A stretch of 64,000 nt of DNA from the human T2T-CHM13v2.0 reference genome, Homo sapiens. Within the stretch, counting starts at the first letter, position 1, and the number at the start of each line of letters is the position of its first letter. A model generated the notes under the pieces. It was given only the letters and a program-made list of their open reading frames with translations. It did no database searches and was not told the origin of the DNA. The DNA lies in NCBI RefSeq assembly GCF_009914755.1, contig NC_060943.1. One strand, written 5' to 3'. A program made the position numbers and the translations under genes. Of the stretch, positions 46,402 through 61,334 are shown in pieces.

Positions 46402-47299
46402 TGAGTAAGCTCCAGAGATCTGCTATACAATGCAGCCCCTGTGGTTAAAAATAATTTAAAGGGTAGATTTCATATTAAGCGTTCTTACCACAAAAGTGGG
46501 TGGAAACACAAGGCAACTCTGAGAAGTGATGGAGATGTTTATTACCTTGACTGTGGTGAGGGTAGCATGATATAGACACATGTCCAAACTCACTGAAGTG
46601 TATGCATTAATTATGTGCAGTTTTTTGATACACCAATTATACCTCAATAAAGCTGGGACAAAAAATTTGCTTACACTAAAATTACAAAGTAAATAGAAAT
46701 AAATGTCAGTGAGAGTACTAAAGGTAGTTACTTTTTTTGGTCACTTTTATTCTTTTAGTATTTTAGAAATTACATCTTATGTCTAGTCTTCTAATGGTTG
46801 GCCTTAAAATTATTTCTTTAAATGACGAAGTATATGGATGTCACCAAAGCCATATTTGATGCCAATTTTGGTCACATTTGCATTTATTAGCACACATGAA
46901 AGACCAAAAATAGAATAAGAATTATACTCAAGAAGGTAAATGTAAATACATCCTTAAAAAGTAGAAATTTAATAAAAATACAGCAGAAATCAGAAAATTC
47001 TTTTAAATGAATACTAACTCATAACCAAATGTGTCATCCTGAGAATGTAAGAACATGGCAACATTAGGAAATTTATGCAAAAAAAAATACACTATATAGA
47101 AAAGGGGATGCCACGTGGTCAGCTCAAGAGGCAGAAACACATTCTGTTCCCCCCCTCCCCCAATATTTTATTATCCAGGAAAAAATTTAAACTTTCTTAA
47201 CTTGATAAAAGGTAGCTTTCAAAACCTACAATAAATAACATACTTAGAGTGGCAGCATTAGAAATCTATTAAACCCAATATACAGTAACTATCATCTTA

Positions 47300-47733
<434 letters not shown>

Positions 47734-48381
47734 CTAATCTACTGATTATAAACATGATTGTTTATACAAAAAATAATCAGCTAAAAATTGTTAGAATCTA
47801 TGAGTTTAGTAAGGTGGCCAAATAAAACAACATTCCCAAACCAATAGGTTTCCTGCACACCAGTAGTAATCAATTAGAAAAAGTTGAATTTCAGTATTTA
47901 TAGTTTTCTAGGAATTAGTCTATTTCTTCTAAGTTGTAGACGTTATGAATATAGCATCATCCTTTTCATGACTGAAGGATCTGTAGAGATACTTCCTGCT
48001 TTATCTGGACATTGGTGATCTGTGTCTTTTTTTCTATTGTGTCAGCCTTGAAAAAGATAAAAAGAAATTGACCAGGAGATTTGTCAATTTTACTGATTTT
48101 TTTTAAAAAGAACTGCCTTTTAAATTTTATTGATGTTCTCTCATTGTTCACCTGTTTTCAATTTTATAATTGAAAACATCTTTAAAAAGCAGAAATGTAT
48201 GGTATCTTTCTCATTTCTTTCTGTTTGCTTTGAGTTTACGTTGTTCTTCTTTTTCTAGGTTTTTCGTGGAAAGCCTCTGAAACGTCTACCTGGAGCTCTC
48301 TGTGTAGTTGTATGGATACTTCCCCAGGTGTGCCTCTCTGAGAGGACAGGTCTGCCTTGAGCTATAAACATGGCATTTGTC

Positions 48382-49225
<844 letters not shown>

Positions 49226-49359
49226 CTAAATGGTTCACTGGAAGCAGCAACGTGGAAGCCCCTGGTGACTTTGACATGAGCAGTTTCACTGGAGTGTGGC
49301 AGACAGAATCTGACTGAGGAGCTGGGGGTCAGGGCGGGAGGGGGTGCTCAGCAGGCAAG

Positions 49360-49407
49360 GGTGTCACATTTGTTAATGAAGATGGTGTCACATTTGTTAA
49401 TGAAGAT
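49360..49407. repeat. Perfect 24-bp tandem duplication
   Basis: GGTGTCACATTTGTTAATGAAGAT x2. Confidence 0.97.
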
Positions 49408-50245
49408 GTTCTCTCCTTTGAATGAGATGATGCATTTAGTGTGTAACAGTGTCCGGCTCACAGTCGGGCCTTGCTAACACTTTGCTTTCACTCACTTCCT
49501 TATCTTTCATTCACTGACCAGAAAGGTTAATGGTGGCTGTTCCTCTTTTGAAAAGTGGATTGGGAACACCAGCATAGCTATTTTGACACTGGGATTTCTG
49601 TTAGAAAAGTAGATGTGACTTATTCCCTTTGGGTGGAACTCCTTTTCTAGAAAGGGAGGCAACACACATGTTGGGTAAATCTCAGTTTCTAGAGTCAGGC
49701 TGCCATAAGTTAAATCTCAGTTCCGCCCCCGAGACATGTAGCTATGGGGATTTTACATGAACTCCCGAGTCTCAGTTTTCTCACCATCAACCATTCATCA
49801 GAATAGTGCCTACCTCACCAATGCACACCTTAAGCACCTGGCGCCTCTGTTAGCTACCATTTAAGTTGAGAATTTCCCTGTGAGGTTTTTTCAGAGGAGG
49901 TTCCTTCTACAATAAACCACCAAGTACTTGGTCCCCTTTTGCAGAAATCCATCCACACCATGTGTAAACACAGGGGCTGGGAACTTGCATGGTAAACCAG
50001 GTCAGCCAAACACGGATTAACAATGCCAGGCCCATTTCACCTGCAAAGTATCAGCGACTCTTCAATCGGCAGGTCCCCAGCTGCCTTGCAGCACAGCCAG
50101 GGCCTAGCATAGCGCTGCCTCCTTCCCTTTCACTTGTCCTCAGGAATCCCCGGAGATCCAGGGTGAGGCTCCTTTAGTCTAATGAGAAGGAGGCATTCTG
50201 ACTTTTTAGGTTATTTTCTCTTCCCAGCCCCTGGCAGATGGAAAA

Positions 50246-50287
50246 AGAAAACAAAACAAAACAAAACAAAAAAACAAACAAAAAAAA
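50246..50287. repeat. (AAAAC)n simple repeat
   Basis: Directly visible. Confidence 0.9.
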
Positions 50288-52054
50288 CCCCGCCACAATA
50301 ATTGCTGCTTGCATGAATGACCTCAATACGGGAAGAGTGCTGAGCGCCTAAGTCCTTGCACTGCTGCCAGGCCTGGCGTCATCATGATTAACACAGCAAT
50401 CACCGGCCAGGGAGCCGGGCCGCTCTGCCTACCAGACACCCTGACTGGGTGACTTACGGCTTTATATTTTTAAATTGGCCTCTCTAGCACCGTCTGATAA
50501 ATCAACACACAAGTCATTAAATGGTTCATTATCCCAGTAATATGATTCATTCTTTGTGCCAAGAAATGCAGGAGATGTCAGGAAACTTAAAAATATCTCA
50601 TTTGAAGCCATGAGTGCCCATCTACATAACAGATTAACTGGATGAGAGAGAGTGGTTGGACATGGAGGTCAAAGAGAAGACTCAGCAGGTGGTGGTCTTC
50701 CCTGCAGCAGTCCTTTACCTCCTGCTGAAAAATGTAAGTCACACTCTCACTAGGCAGGCTCTGTGCTGGCCACACTTTCTCCCTCATAGGCTCAGAAGGC
50801 GGTCATGCTGGCTGCAGGCACCTGCTAGAGAATTCACAGCCGAGGGCACTCAGCTAGGGTCATTCCTATAGGAAGAACACCAAGTCCAGAAGATGACGGG
50901 GCCATGTGCTATGGAAGAAAGAGCACTCGGTCCCAGTTCTGCCACCAGGTCTGAAACTCTGGGTACATTGCTTGAAATGAAATCACAATACTTTGTTGTC
51001 ATCATCTGTCAAACAAGAAAGTCATTCTCCACATTTTTTCAAGTTCTTTCTAGCTCTAAGATTCTATGACTCTAGTGTGTTGGAGGAGAAGAGAGGAAGG
51101 CAGAGTTGAGAGCTTGGTCAGAGCTGAGTTCCAATGTATCTGATATGTGGATTATGTAGGAGACTCTTCCACCAAATCTACATACACTATTTTGCATGAA
51201 GGTTGCTAATTTATGTTGATTGTGTCAGTGATGGCTCCTTTAGTAGAAAGAAGAAAAAAAATCTAAATGAAACTGGCTTAAGCACTAAGGACATTTATTT
51301 GTTTGTGTATTCTGCAACCTCTGAATGTTTGCTTTGGTCTCCATTACAACACCTGGGACTAGAAGAGTCCCTAGACTCATGGAACTTAATTCTAGTTGGG
51401 GAAATAGATAATAAACAAAACATATGTAACTATATTATCTAATGTCAGGTAATGACAAATGCAATGAAGACAAACAAACAGGACAGGTGAATAGAGAGAT
51501 CCTTTTTTACACAGAATGGTGATGGAAGGTCTCTTTAAGGCAATTAATAGCTGATACAATGTTGGTAAATAAAGGTATGACAAGAAGACTATGAGACCTT
51601 CAGAGAAGATTCCTGCCAGGAAGCACGACTACCAAGAGCACAGATATGTGGTTAAGCATACCAGGCGAACCCAGTGAACTAGATTTCTGTGGAGGATGGA
51701 AGGAACCAGCATGGTCCACCCTGTTGGGGAGCTCAGAATGGAGCTGACAGTGTTGGCTGAGAAGTTTGGAAGGGTTCCTATGACAGGGCCACATGTTGCT
51801 GTAACCAAGAGCTCAGCATCTGCCAAGGACTCAAGTGAATCTTCAGGCAGATTTCTACAGCCCCCACTTGCTCAGCTCCCTCTTCTCCAGTGGCCTCCCT
51901 CACAAACTCCAACAGTCCACAACCCTGATCTCTAAATACTCGGCTTAGTGAGATCAATGCTTTTGTTGAGTTTCTACCTCTCTGCATTTCAGAAAAAAAC
52001 CCCAAAAAAACAAACAAAAAAAAACGGCCCAAGAAAGAAAGCTGGGACCCCCTT

Positions 52055-52626
52055 TTTAGAGGCACGTGAACCAGAACAACTCCATCTTGAATAGGAGCTG
52101 GGTAAAATAAGGCTGAAACCTACTGGGCTTCATTCCCAGATGGTTACGGCATTCTAAGTCACAGGATGAGATAAGAGGTCGGCACAAGATACAGGTAATA
52201 AAGACCTTGCTGATAAAACAGGTTGCAGTAAGGAAGCCGGCTAAATCCTCCCAAAACCAAGATGGCCACAAGAGTGACTCTGGCCATCCTCACTGCTACA
52301 CTCCCACCAGCAACATGACAGTTTACAAATACCATGGCAACGTTGGGAAGTTACCTTATATGGTCTAAAAAGGGGATGCAGCAATAATCCACCCCTTCTT
52401 TAGCATATCATCAAGAAATAACCATAAACATGGGCAACCAGCAGCCCTCAGGGCTGCTCTGTCTATGGAGTAGCCATTCTTTTATTGCTTTACTTTCTTA
52501 ATAAACTTGCTTTCACTTTGCACTGCAGACTCAACCTAAATTCTTTCTTGCGTGAGATCCAAGAACCCTCTCTTGGGGTCTGGATTGGGACCCGTTTCCT
52601 GTAACATATTTCTCCGTCCTGCAACA
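52055..52626 (+). mobile_element. MER41A 5' LTR
   Basis: GAACCAGAACAACTCCATCTTGAATAGGAGCTGGGTAAAAT..AATAAACTTGCTTTCAC..GGGGTCTGGATTGGGACCCGTTTCCTGTAACA plus a 20-nt extension. Confidence 0.92.
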
Positions 52627-52710
52627 TATTTCTGGCCACCATGAACGTATGATACTGAGAAAACCCCCCCGACTTGGAGGAAATGGACTGCGGCACTGAT
52701 TGGATGACTT

Positions 52711-52719
52711 CGGGTAAGT
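52711..52719 (+). promoter_or_regulatory. Candidate proviral major splice donor CGG|GTAAGT
   Basis: Consensus 5' splice site about 80 nt after the PBS, the usual retroviral SD position. Confidence 0.55.
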
Positions 52720-54873
52720 GGGTGGGGCACCCAAGTAAAGAATGGCATTGGGTTAGAGGCCCAACTTAGGGGAGTTAGTCTCTCCTAAGACAGAGTGGGT
52801 TAGAAGCCCCTCTTAATAAAAGGCAGAATGCTTGACGGACCTTGGGTTAGAGGCCCAACTTAGGAGGGTTAGAGTCCCTTCTAAGATGTATGGGGTTAGA
52901 GGCCCCTCTCAGTAAAGTCCCTCTTGGCTAAAACCAGGTTTGGCACCGCAGGTTATGCTCTTTGTATTAATCTGCCTCGTACTGTTTGCTGACAGCTGTG
53001 TGTGGGTGACAGGGTTAGGCATGTACAGGATTGTGGGACATGGGGAGCTTTTTCCTCCCTAAAAGGGGAAACTTGAGCACTAATAGGATTGCTGGAAAAG
53101 ATCCATTGGCTACTGACAAGCAGCCGCCTGAACTTTTCAGTGTCGCTGCAATGGGTGGGTCTTTCTCTGGCCTCCCCAAGCATTTCTCGCCTTCCCCACC
53201 CTGCCCCAGGCAATGCTTTTCTCTCTCTCCTTTCCCTTTCCTATCTGTTCTGTTACTCAGGGTGACCATCTTGCCCAGAGACCACGTGTTGAAACTCCAA
53301 TTTGGAGGCTGGATTAAAGGTGACGGGGTCCACCCATCTGGGGGCAAATTTAAGCCCTGCCAGTTTGACATTGCATGCTAAGCAGAGTGGCTAATGTCTA
53401 TGTTTTATCACATGTATTTTGCTCTGGCCAGAACGAAAACAATAATTTTCCTTTATGATGCAGCTTGGCCCCCAGGGCGATGGTGCCGCAAGCTGGATTA
53501 CTAGGGGCGCTCAGGGAAAGGGAATCCAGAAGCCTGGCACGCCAGCAAAAGGGCAAGAATTTCTTACCAGTCAGATTTCTGGCTTCTCTCTGTGCAAACA
53601 GTTGATGTATGGAAAAAAAACAAAATCAGTATTTATCTCCTCTGTAAAGTTTTGATTAATGCGAAAAAGAATTCTAAGGCTAGTCTTAACCTAGTGTGTT
53701 TGGTGCTATGAATTTGTTTTTCTGTGTCAAGGGGTACTTCAGGATAAAACACAGGCTTAGAACACCTGTCAGTCCGCTTTTCAAGATGACCCAGCAGCTG
53801 GTCATAACAAACTTGGCTGCAGGTCCCTGAAACAAACAAACAGACAAAAAAACTGGATGAAGTCTCCACCTTGTTTTATGTCCTTGGGAGCTTGACGTTT
53901 TAATCACGTGGTGATACCTTTTCTTGGTCTCTTCCTTGTCCCTTCCAGGGACAGGAATTTTAGGGTTCATGTAATAGCTCTAAAAAATCATACTGAATAA
54001 AATCATATTAAATAAAAGTCTTTGCAAACTCAAAATTAACTACTCTAGACTCCTTCTGGGAAAGAAAATGGAGACTGCCCCTTGCTGTAGCTCAGTAGCT
54101 AGGGTTTTGCACTTTCGCAGTGGTGGTCCGGGTTCAATTTTTCATGTAGGAAGTTATTTCTGGTTTAGTATCTGTGTGACCTTGTCTATTCTCTTGTGCT
54201 TCGCAGACTGTCTTAAATTTTCCTTTCTCTAAGGACATGGGAGGTTACCTGTGGTAAAGTTCAAAAGCTAGAAATATCAGCTATTTGGCATTAGAAATTT
54301 TAAAAGGACATTATTAAAGAGTGCTACGGTTAAAATCAATTTAATTAAAAGCAGATAGATTCCTCTCAAAATCAAAGGCTATTTTGTTTTGCATTGTTAT
54401 CGACAGTTTTGAGTTTTGGGGGTATCAGAAATTACTTTACATTATGAGAGAGCTTTGGTGTGTAATAACTATGTAGGAAATATACTTTAAGGGATGGCTA
54501 ATAGTAGTTATGGAAGGATACTTGACTCTTTGCACACTTGGATCAGAGAAGCATGCTCTTGGCCACCTGAAAGATGATTAAACATCCCCACCCCACACTG
54601 GGGGACGAGACTCCCATAAGGGATAGTCTAATTACAAAATAGGCTGATTGGCTTTGGGTTGCCTTGCAATGAAATGCAGGAGAGAAGCACTGCATTGTCT
54701 TCTCCCGAAATATTTCCCTCCTTTTGGGGATCCAGGAACCGGTATAAAATGACACTCTTAATTTGGGGGATCTGTCTTTGCCTTCAGCTGCTTATTTGGC
54801 CCTAGAAATGCATGCTTTCCTGGCCCTGTTCCTCCAAGGGCTCCACCCTGAAGCCAGTAATCCAGTTAAGAAA

Positions 54874-55203
54874 GGTGGTTCACACCTGTAATCCTAGTAC
54901 TTTGGGAGGCCCAGGCAGGTTGATCACGAGGTCAGGAGTTCGAGATCAGACTGGCCAATATGCTTAAACCTGTCTCTACTAAAAATACAAAATTTAGCCG
55001 GGCATGGTGGTGGGTGTCTGTAATCCCAGCTACTCAGGAGGCTGAGGCAGGAGAATCACTTGAACCTGGGAGGCGGAGGTTGCAGTGTGATGAGATTGCC
55101 CCATTGCACCACAGCCTGGGCGATAGCGTGAGACTCCATCTCAAAAAAAGAAGGAAGGAAGGAAGGAAGGAAGGAAGGAAAGAAGGAAGGATGGAAGGGA
55201 GAA
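54874..55203 (+). mobile_element. AluSg with GGAA-microsatellite tail, nested in MER41-int
   Basis: GATCACGAGGTCAGGAGTTCGAG; (GGAA)7 at 55153-55180. Confidence 0.9.
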
Positions 55204-55523
55204 AATGGCAAATGAAAAATCTTACAAGTGCTGAATCTTCTGTCTGTGGATTTATATATGTTGCATGTTTATAGATAAAAGAGCTCTAATTAACTGGCTT
55301 AGAAAAATAGGCACTTAAATATTTTGTCAGAAAAACAGGAACTTTAATGCCTTTTTGTTCATGTGACTTTAGTAATCTTTTGGAAATAATGACAGTTCTA
55401 AAAATTATTAGTAAAATAAAATGTCTTTAAAAATGTAGACATTTGGTCTAAATTAACGTCAAATATCAGATTTGCTAAATGCTTTAAGGTCAAATTGTTT
55501 TTCTGACTTTTGAAAATTGTTCA

Positions 55524-55856
<333 letters not shown>

Positions 55857-58604
55857 TCAATTTACCTACTTTAAAGTCATTAGCTTCTAGATAAGGGCTG
55901 GGACATGTGGAATTAGCCATACTCCCTAGCTATACAAACAAGATTATAAAGAAAGAGATTTTACATAAGAAGGGATCTCACATGGTAAATTCTTGTCCTA
56001 AAGTAAAATAACTGGTTGTTTAAAAGGAGGGATGTTTAAGGCAAGTCAGAAAGTCCAAGAATGACTCAGATGGTCTGTGTAAGTCGTGAAAGGAACTGTG
56101 AAAGGGAATTTATGCAAGAAATGTACAATCCAAAGGTTCTTAGGCCTCCTAAATCCTTCATAAAATGCCACTATGACTCTTACTTAAGTAAGAGTAAGGC
56201 CTGGGGACATTTGGAATTAGCCACACTCCCTAGCTGTGCTAGAGAGTCAGCTCTTATCTGCACTTTTGCCTGGTGTGTCCTAGGCAGGCTACACACTAGT
56301 ACACAATTAAAATCTCGAATTTACCAAGGTTTTCACCAAAAATAAAAGTTGCTAAGAGTTAACATTATAACATGTAATTAAGACTACTGAAGAAACAGTT
56401 TTACATGCAAGGTGTGTAAGAAAAGCAAAATGTGTTTTTGGTTAAAAAAAAAAAAAGATTATAAGAAGTCATGGGAATGTGGTTTTTTTTCTGCCTAAAA
56501 TGTTAAAGGATTGTTTTAAGTAAGAAAAAAAAATTTTTTTAAACTAGTTGTGGAAGGTTTATAAAAATTAATTGTAAGAGATTCTGTGTTTGAACATATT
56601 GGCTAAAGTTAAAGGAATATTATTCACTAAACATTGGAATAAAAGCACAATGGGTTTTTCTGCTCTTTCACAAAAAATGTAAAGAGTTATAAAAGGTTTA
56701 TAAGAATCTTTCCTTATGGTTAAACATTAAAATTGGGTAAATATGTCTATAAGGTTTTATATAAAAATTGGATTTAACATTAATAGTACATTAAAATAAA
56801 GGTAAAATTTGGCTTAATTGATGTAAAATTCATACAGGAAGCATTATCAAATGTAAAATGGTGTTTTGCTTTCTTTAGATATTTGCATAAATGTGTTATT
56901 GGCATATGTTCCAAAGTTATGGAAAACTTCTATAATTCTAATATAACTTAGTGTATGTTATTAATAATTATAATTGTTATGTAAAATTCTGTGTACCACA
57001 TAGGTAACCAAATTTCCTGATCAATTATGGCTTTAATGGTGGCTGTCCTCAAACTTTTTATCATCCACAGGCAATTGCTGTCTTGTTTTAATCCCCTTTA
57101 AAAGATGGTTTGTAATCAACTATAAAACCCTGGCAGGTGTTAAATACAGGTTTTTCTAATAACTTTGGAAATTGTAATATTAAAATAAAGAAAACAACAT
57201 TCAAAACTCTCATAAAAAGCTAAAATGTTTACAAATATCAAATACAACAGAAATTAACAGAACCAATAGGAAACTGAAGTAATCTTTTCAACTTTGCTTA
57301 AAACACTGCTAATCCTTTGTTTTGTTTTTCAGAGTCAAAAAAAAAAAACTTTTTTAAGCTATTTACAGCTTATAACAATTGAGTAAAGTATACTGCTGTG
57401 AAAAAAAAATGGAAACATATTTTTCTCTACCTAATTTTTCCAAAATTTAGGAACTAGTTGTAAGTATGCTTAACTTATGGCAATATAATTATTTGTATAA
57501 GTGCAATAAAAATCTGTTTTCTTTTGTAACAAGACACAATTGAAGAAACTGGTCATTTTACCAAGGCTTTAACTGGAATGGTGTGTTTTCCCTTAAGAAA
57601 TTAAACTTAACTTGTAGAGCCAATAAAAGCCTCGTGGGAAACTGGCCTCATACCTTGCCTACAACAGTGCCTGTACAGGGTTTCTGACCTGTGGTAAGTA
57701 AAGAATGCCACTTTCTAACAGGTCCAGAAGCCACAAGTTATCTTGGGACCTCAAGAGGAAAGAAATTTACCAAACTCATAGGTATTTGATGGTACAAACC
57801 CATGGATAAGCTTGGCCTTAAAAGCCTTATCTAAAATTCCTTCTATGGAACAGAATTCCATCAAAGCCAATTTAAAAAGAACCTATGTGAAAAATAATTA
57901 TTCTTGCTGCACTTTATACAAATAATCAGGCCAAGTATAATAAAGCAAATTGGTCTTACCATAATTTGCATTTAGCAAAAATGGGAAACTGGAGAGAGAA
58001 ATATTTTGTTTCAAAAACTATGGTATACTTGTTATTAAATTCTAGTCTCATCAGTCATTTTGAAGTTTGTTTCTGCAATAAGCAGGCTAACTCTTCTTCT
58101 TCCGGTGAACCAACCAGTGATGTCTGACTGTTGCTCAGAAGAAACAAGAGGGATGGGCAATGTAAAAATCTGGATTAGTATTCTAATTCTGGGCACATTA
58201 CAATCAGCTAGCAACCCCATACCAGCTTAGTTCCAACAGTTGCCCAATTCATGAAAAGCCTTCTAATTTAGTTTACTTGGAATAACTTTACTTATTTTGC
58301 TTCGCTCTTGTGGAATATATTGCTGTTATACTCTGTGTAGGAATATAAAAAAAGCTTACTAAATGTTTTCTTAAACACTTATTAATCTTCCAGATATCAC
58401 CTCTTGTCAAAACTCAAGAGTCATAAATGGCCCTCACCATACTGATGTTTTCTAACTGAGCTCCTCTCTACCCTGAACACAATAGACCCTAACAGGCAGA
58501 AATATCATCACCCCTATTCAGCCTGAAGAAGTTACAGAAAATGAATCTTCATACCTCTGCGACCCTTAGGATTAAGGGTTCTCTTATAAAAGGGAAGGGG
58601 GAAA

Positions 58605-59177
58605 TGTCAGAGGTTTGTGAACCAGAACAACTCCATCTTGAATAGGAGCTGGGTAAAATGAGACTGAAACCTACTGGGCTGCATTCCCAGATGGTTAAGG
58701 CATTCTAAGTCACAGGATGAGATAGGAGGTCGGCACAAAGTACAGGTCATAAAGACCTTGCCTATAAAACAGATTGCAGTAAAGAAGACGGCTAAATCCT
58801 ACCAAAACCAAGATGGCCACAAGAGTGACCTCTGGTCGTCCTCACTACTACACTCCCATCAGCGCTAAGACAGCTTACAAATGCCATGGCAACATCAGGA
58901 AGTTACCCTATGTGGTCTAAAAAGGGAAGGCATGAATAATCCACCCCTTATTTAGCATACCATCAAGAAATAACCATAAAAATGGGCAGCTAGCAGCCCT
59001 CAGGGCTGCTCTGTCTATGTACTCGTAACCCATTCTTTCATTCCTTCACTTTCTTAATAAACCTGCTTTCACTCTGCACTGCGGACTTGCCCTAAATTCT
59101 TTCTTGTGCGAGATCCAAGAACCCTCTCTTGGGGTCTGGATTGGGAGTCCTTTCCTGTATATCTCTGTTCTGTAACA
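58605..59177 (+). mobile_element. MER41A 3' LTR
   Basis: TGTCAGAGG start after PPT; roughly 89% identical to the 5' LTR by eye; ends TGTAACA followed by CCTT (also at 52051-52054, candidate TSD). Confidence 0.93.
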
Positions 59178-60962
59178 CCTTGAGGCTCATTTTGTGTGTT
59201 TCCTTTCTCTCAACAATCACAGTTCTGCACTGTGTAATGTTCAGTGTCTGAAAACACCTGCTTCATGTTTGTCTAATTTAATAGTAGTTTTCTGTGGGAA
59301 TGAAAGTCTAGTACTAGTTACACTGTCATGGCCAAAACTGAGGGCCTTTTGGGTGTCTTCTAATACCCTTGATTCTTATTGGCAGCTGCCTACTCTGAGT
59401 AAATGCCCAACAAAATACGAAACAGCTCAGCTTCATGTCTTCCAACCAACCTCAGAAAAAAGATGAAGTCTGATTTAAATTTCATATCAAAAGCAATATT
59501 TCAACTATTTAAAGCTACAATAAATATACAACCATACGGAAATCTGTAACCAAATATAAAACCCTCTAAACTAAAACATTTAACACAGCAGAGACCACCA
59601 ATGTAACACTGGGTTAATTCATTTTTGTGTAAAACCTGTAATAAAGTGTACCACCACATTTATGTTTAATTTAAGGGCCTCTTTACTCCAGAAGTATAAG
59701 GGGCCCAAATCAGAAAACCTATTGATATAATTTACCACATTAACAAACCAGGAAATTATATGGTTATTTCAATAGGAAAAGAAACAGTATTCAATAAAAT
59801 TCAATCTATACACATAATAAAACATATATTACAATAAGAAAAGTAAAAATGAAAAGCTTAATGAAAGATATTTAATTTAAAAGCCACAGAAAACATCATA
59901 TGTAACAGTGAAATTTAAAAATCATTCTCATTAAAGTCATGCTCAACACTAAGGTGTCAAGTGTCTCTGCTTGTATTCAACATGTCATTCACCATTTTTT
60001 TTTTCCCTGTGGTATCTCTTGACCTGGTCTCAAGGCAGCCAGAACTCCAGAAACACAATAAGCATTGATAAAAAGATCTCGAAGAGAAGCCCTCTAGTTC
60101 AGGCTCAAGAAGAGGAAAAGGGGTCTCCTGTTAATACAAGTTGTGGCAGCCAGAACCCACAGCGCTGGGAACTCAAAGAAAGAAGAGCCTTCCTCTTCAG
60201 TGAAAAGAGCTACTGTCCAAAGGGGGTGAGGCAAGTTCCTGTTGATTTTTCCTCTCTGCCCCCTACTCTCTCCAGATACACACTGGTTGGCCTTGGATAT
60301 AGACATAGTTCCAGAAAGAAAGTGCAAAAGCAAAGTAAATAAAACTTCAGGTTTTTGGCTAGAGGACTAAAAAAGGAGAATCCCAGTACCAAGACTGCAG
60401 AAAAGGAGGAGCTTGGGAAACAATACCATTAAGGTGTTTATGAACTCCTGAAATCAACCTCAAGTTTAGCATTCAGGTTCTGATTCAAAGCAGCCTACAA
60501 AGACATTGAGAACTAAACTAAGAGACCATGACCCATGTCCCAGATTGACCACCAGAGGGTACACATGTAGGACAAATTTAAATAGGACTGCAAAGGCTGT
60601 TAAAAGTAAACTAATATAGAGACTTTATCCCAGAGAAGGCCACTCAGAATTTACAATCTAAGCCCAATCAGGTCAATTGGCTGCTAAAACAAAAATGTCA
60701 ATATTCTCCACAGGGTATATACAAGACCCAGTCCTGTAGTACACAATATTGAAAATGTCCAGAATATAATACCAAATTACATGGCACATGAAGAACCAAT
60801 GAAATTACAAATTGCATGAGAAAAGACAACCAACGGATGACAACAGTCAGATATTGGAACTCATCCAACAGTAAACCTTTCCAACTGATGCTAAATTTGT
60901 CTGACAAAGGCTTTGATAATTATCCCACTAGTAAGGGTAAACGTATTTATTTTTATTTTTAA

Positions 60963-61170
60963 TTTTTTGAGACAGAGTCTGGCTCTGTTGCCTAGGCTGG
61001 AGTGGAGTGCATGATCTCTGCTCACAGCAACCTCTGTCTTCTGGGCTCAAGCCATCCTCTCACTTCAGCCTCATGAGTAGCTGGGACTGTAGACAGATAC
61101 CACCATGCCCAGCTAAACTTTGGTTCTATGTATGTATGTATGTATGTATGTATGTATGTATGTATGTATG

Positions 61171-61216
<46 letters not shown>

Positions 61217-61334
61217 GTAGAAATGGGGTTTCACCACATTGCCTGGGTTGGTCTTAAACTCCTGGCTCAGGCAATCCACTTGCCTAGGCCTCCCAAAGTG
61301 CACGGAATAAAGGCATGAGCCACAGCACCTGGCC
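60963..61334 (-). mobile_element. AluJ with STR in the central linker
   Basis: CTGGGCTCAAGCCATCCTC J diagnostic. Confidence 0.88.
61127..61214. repeat. Compound tetranucleotide STR (TATG)11(TATC)11
   Basis: Counted directly: TATG 61127-61170, TATC 61171-61214. Confidence 0.97.

Noticed and set aside
52749-52912. Regularly spaced short repeats as a CRISPR-like array
   Set aside because: Eukaryotic ERV leader; spacers are themselves duplicated, repeats are only 13 bp, and there are no cas genes
55892-56237. ~40-bp direct repeat in MER41-int (GGGACAT.TGGAATTAGCCA.ACTCCCTAGCT)
   Set aside because: As I recall, a normal feature of MER4-group internal consensus, not locus-specific
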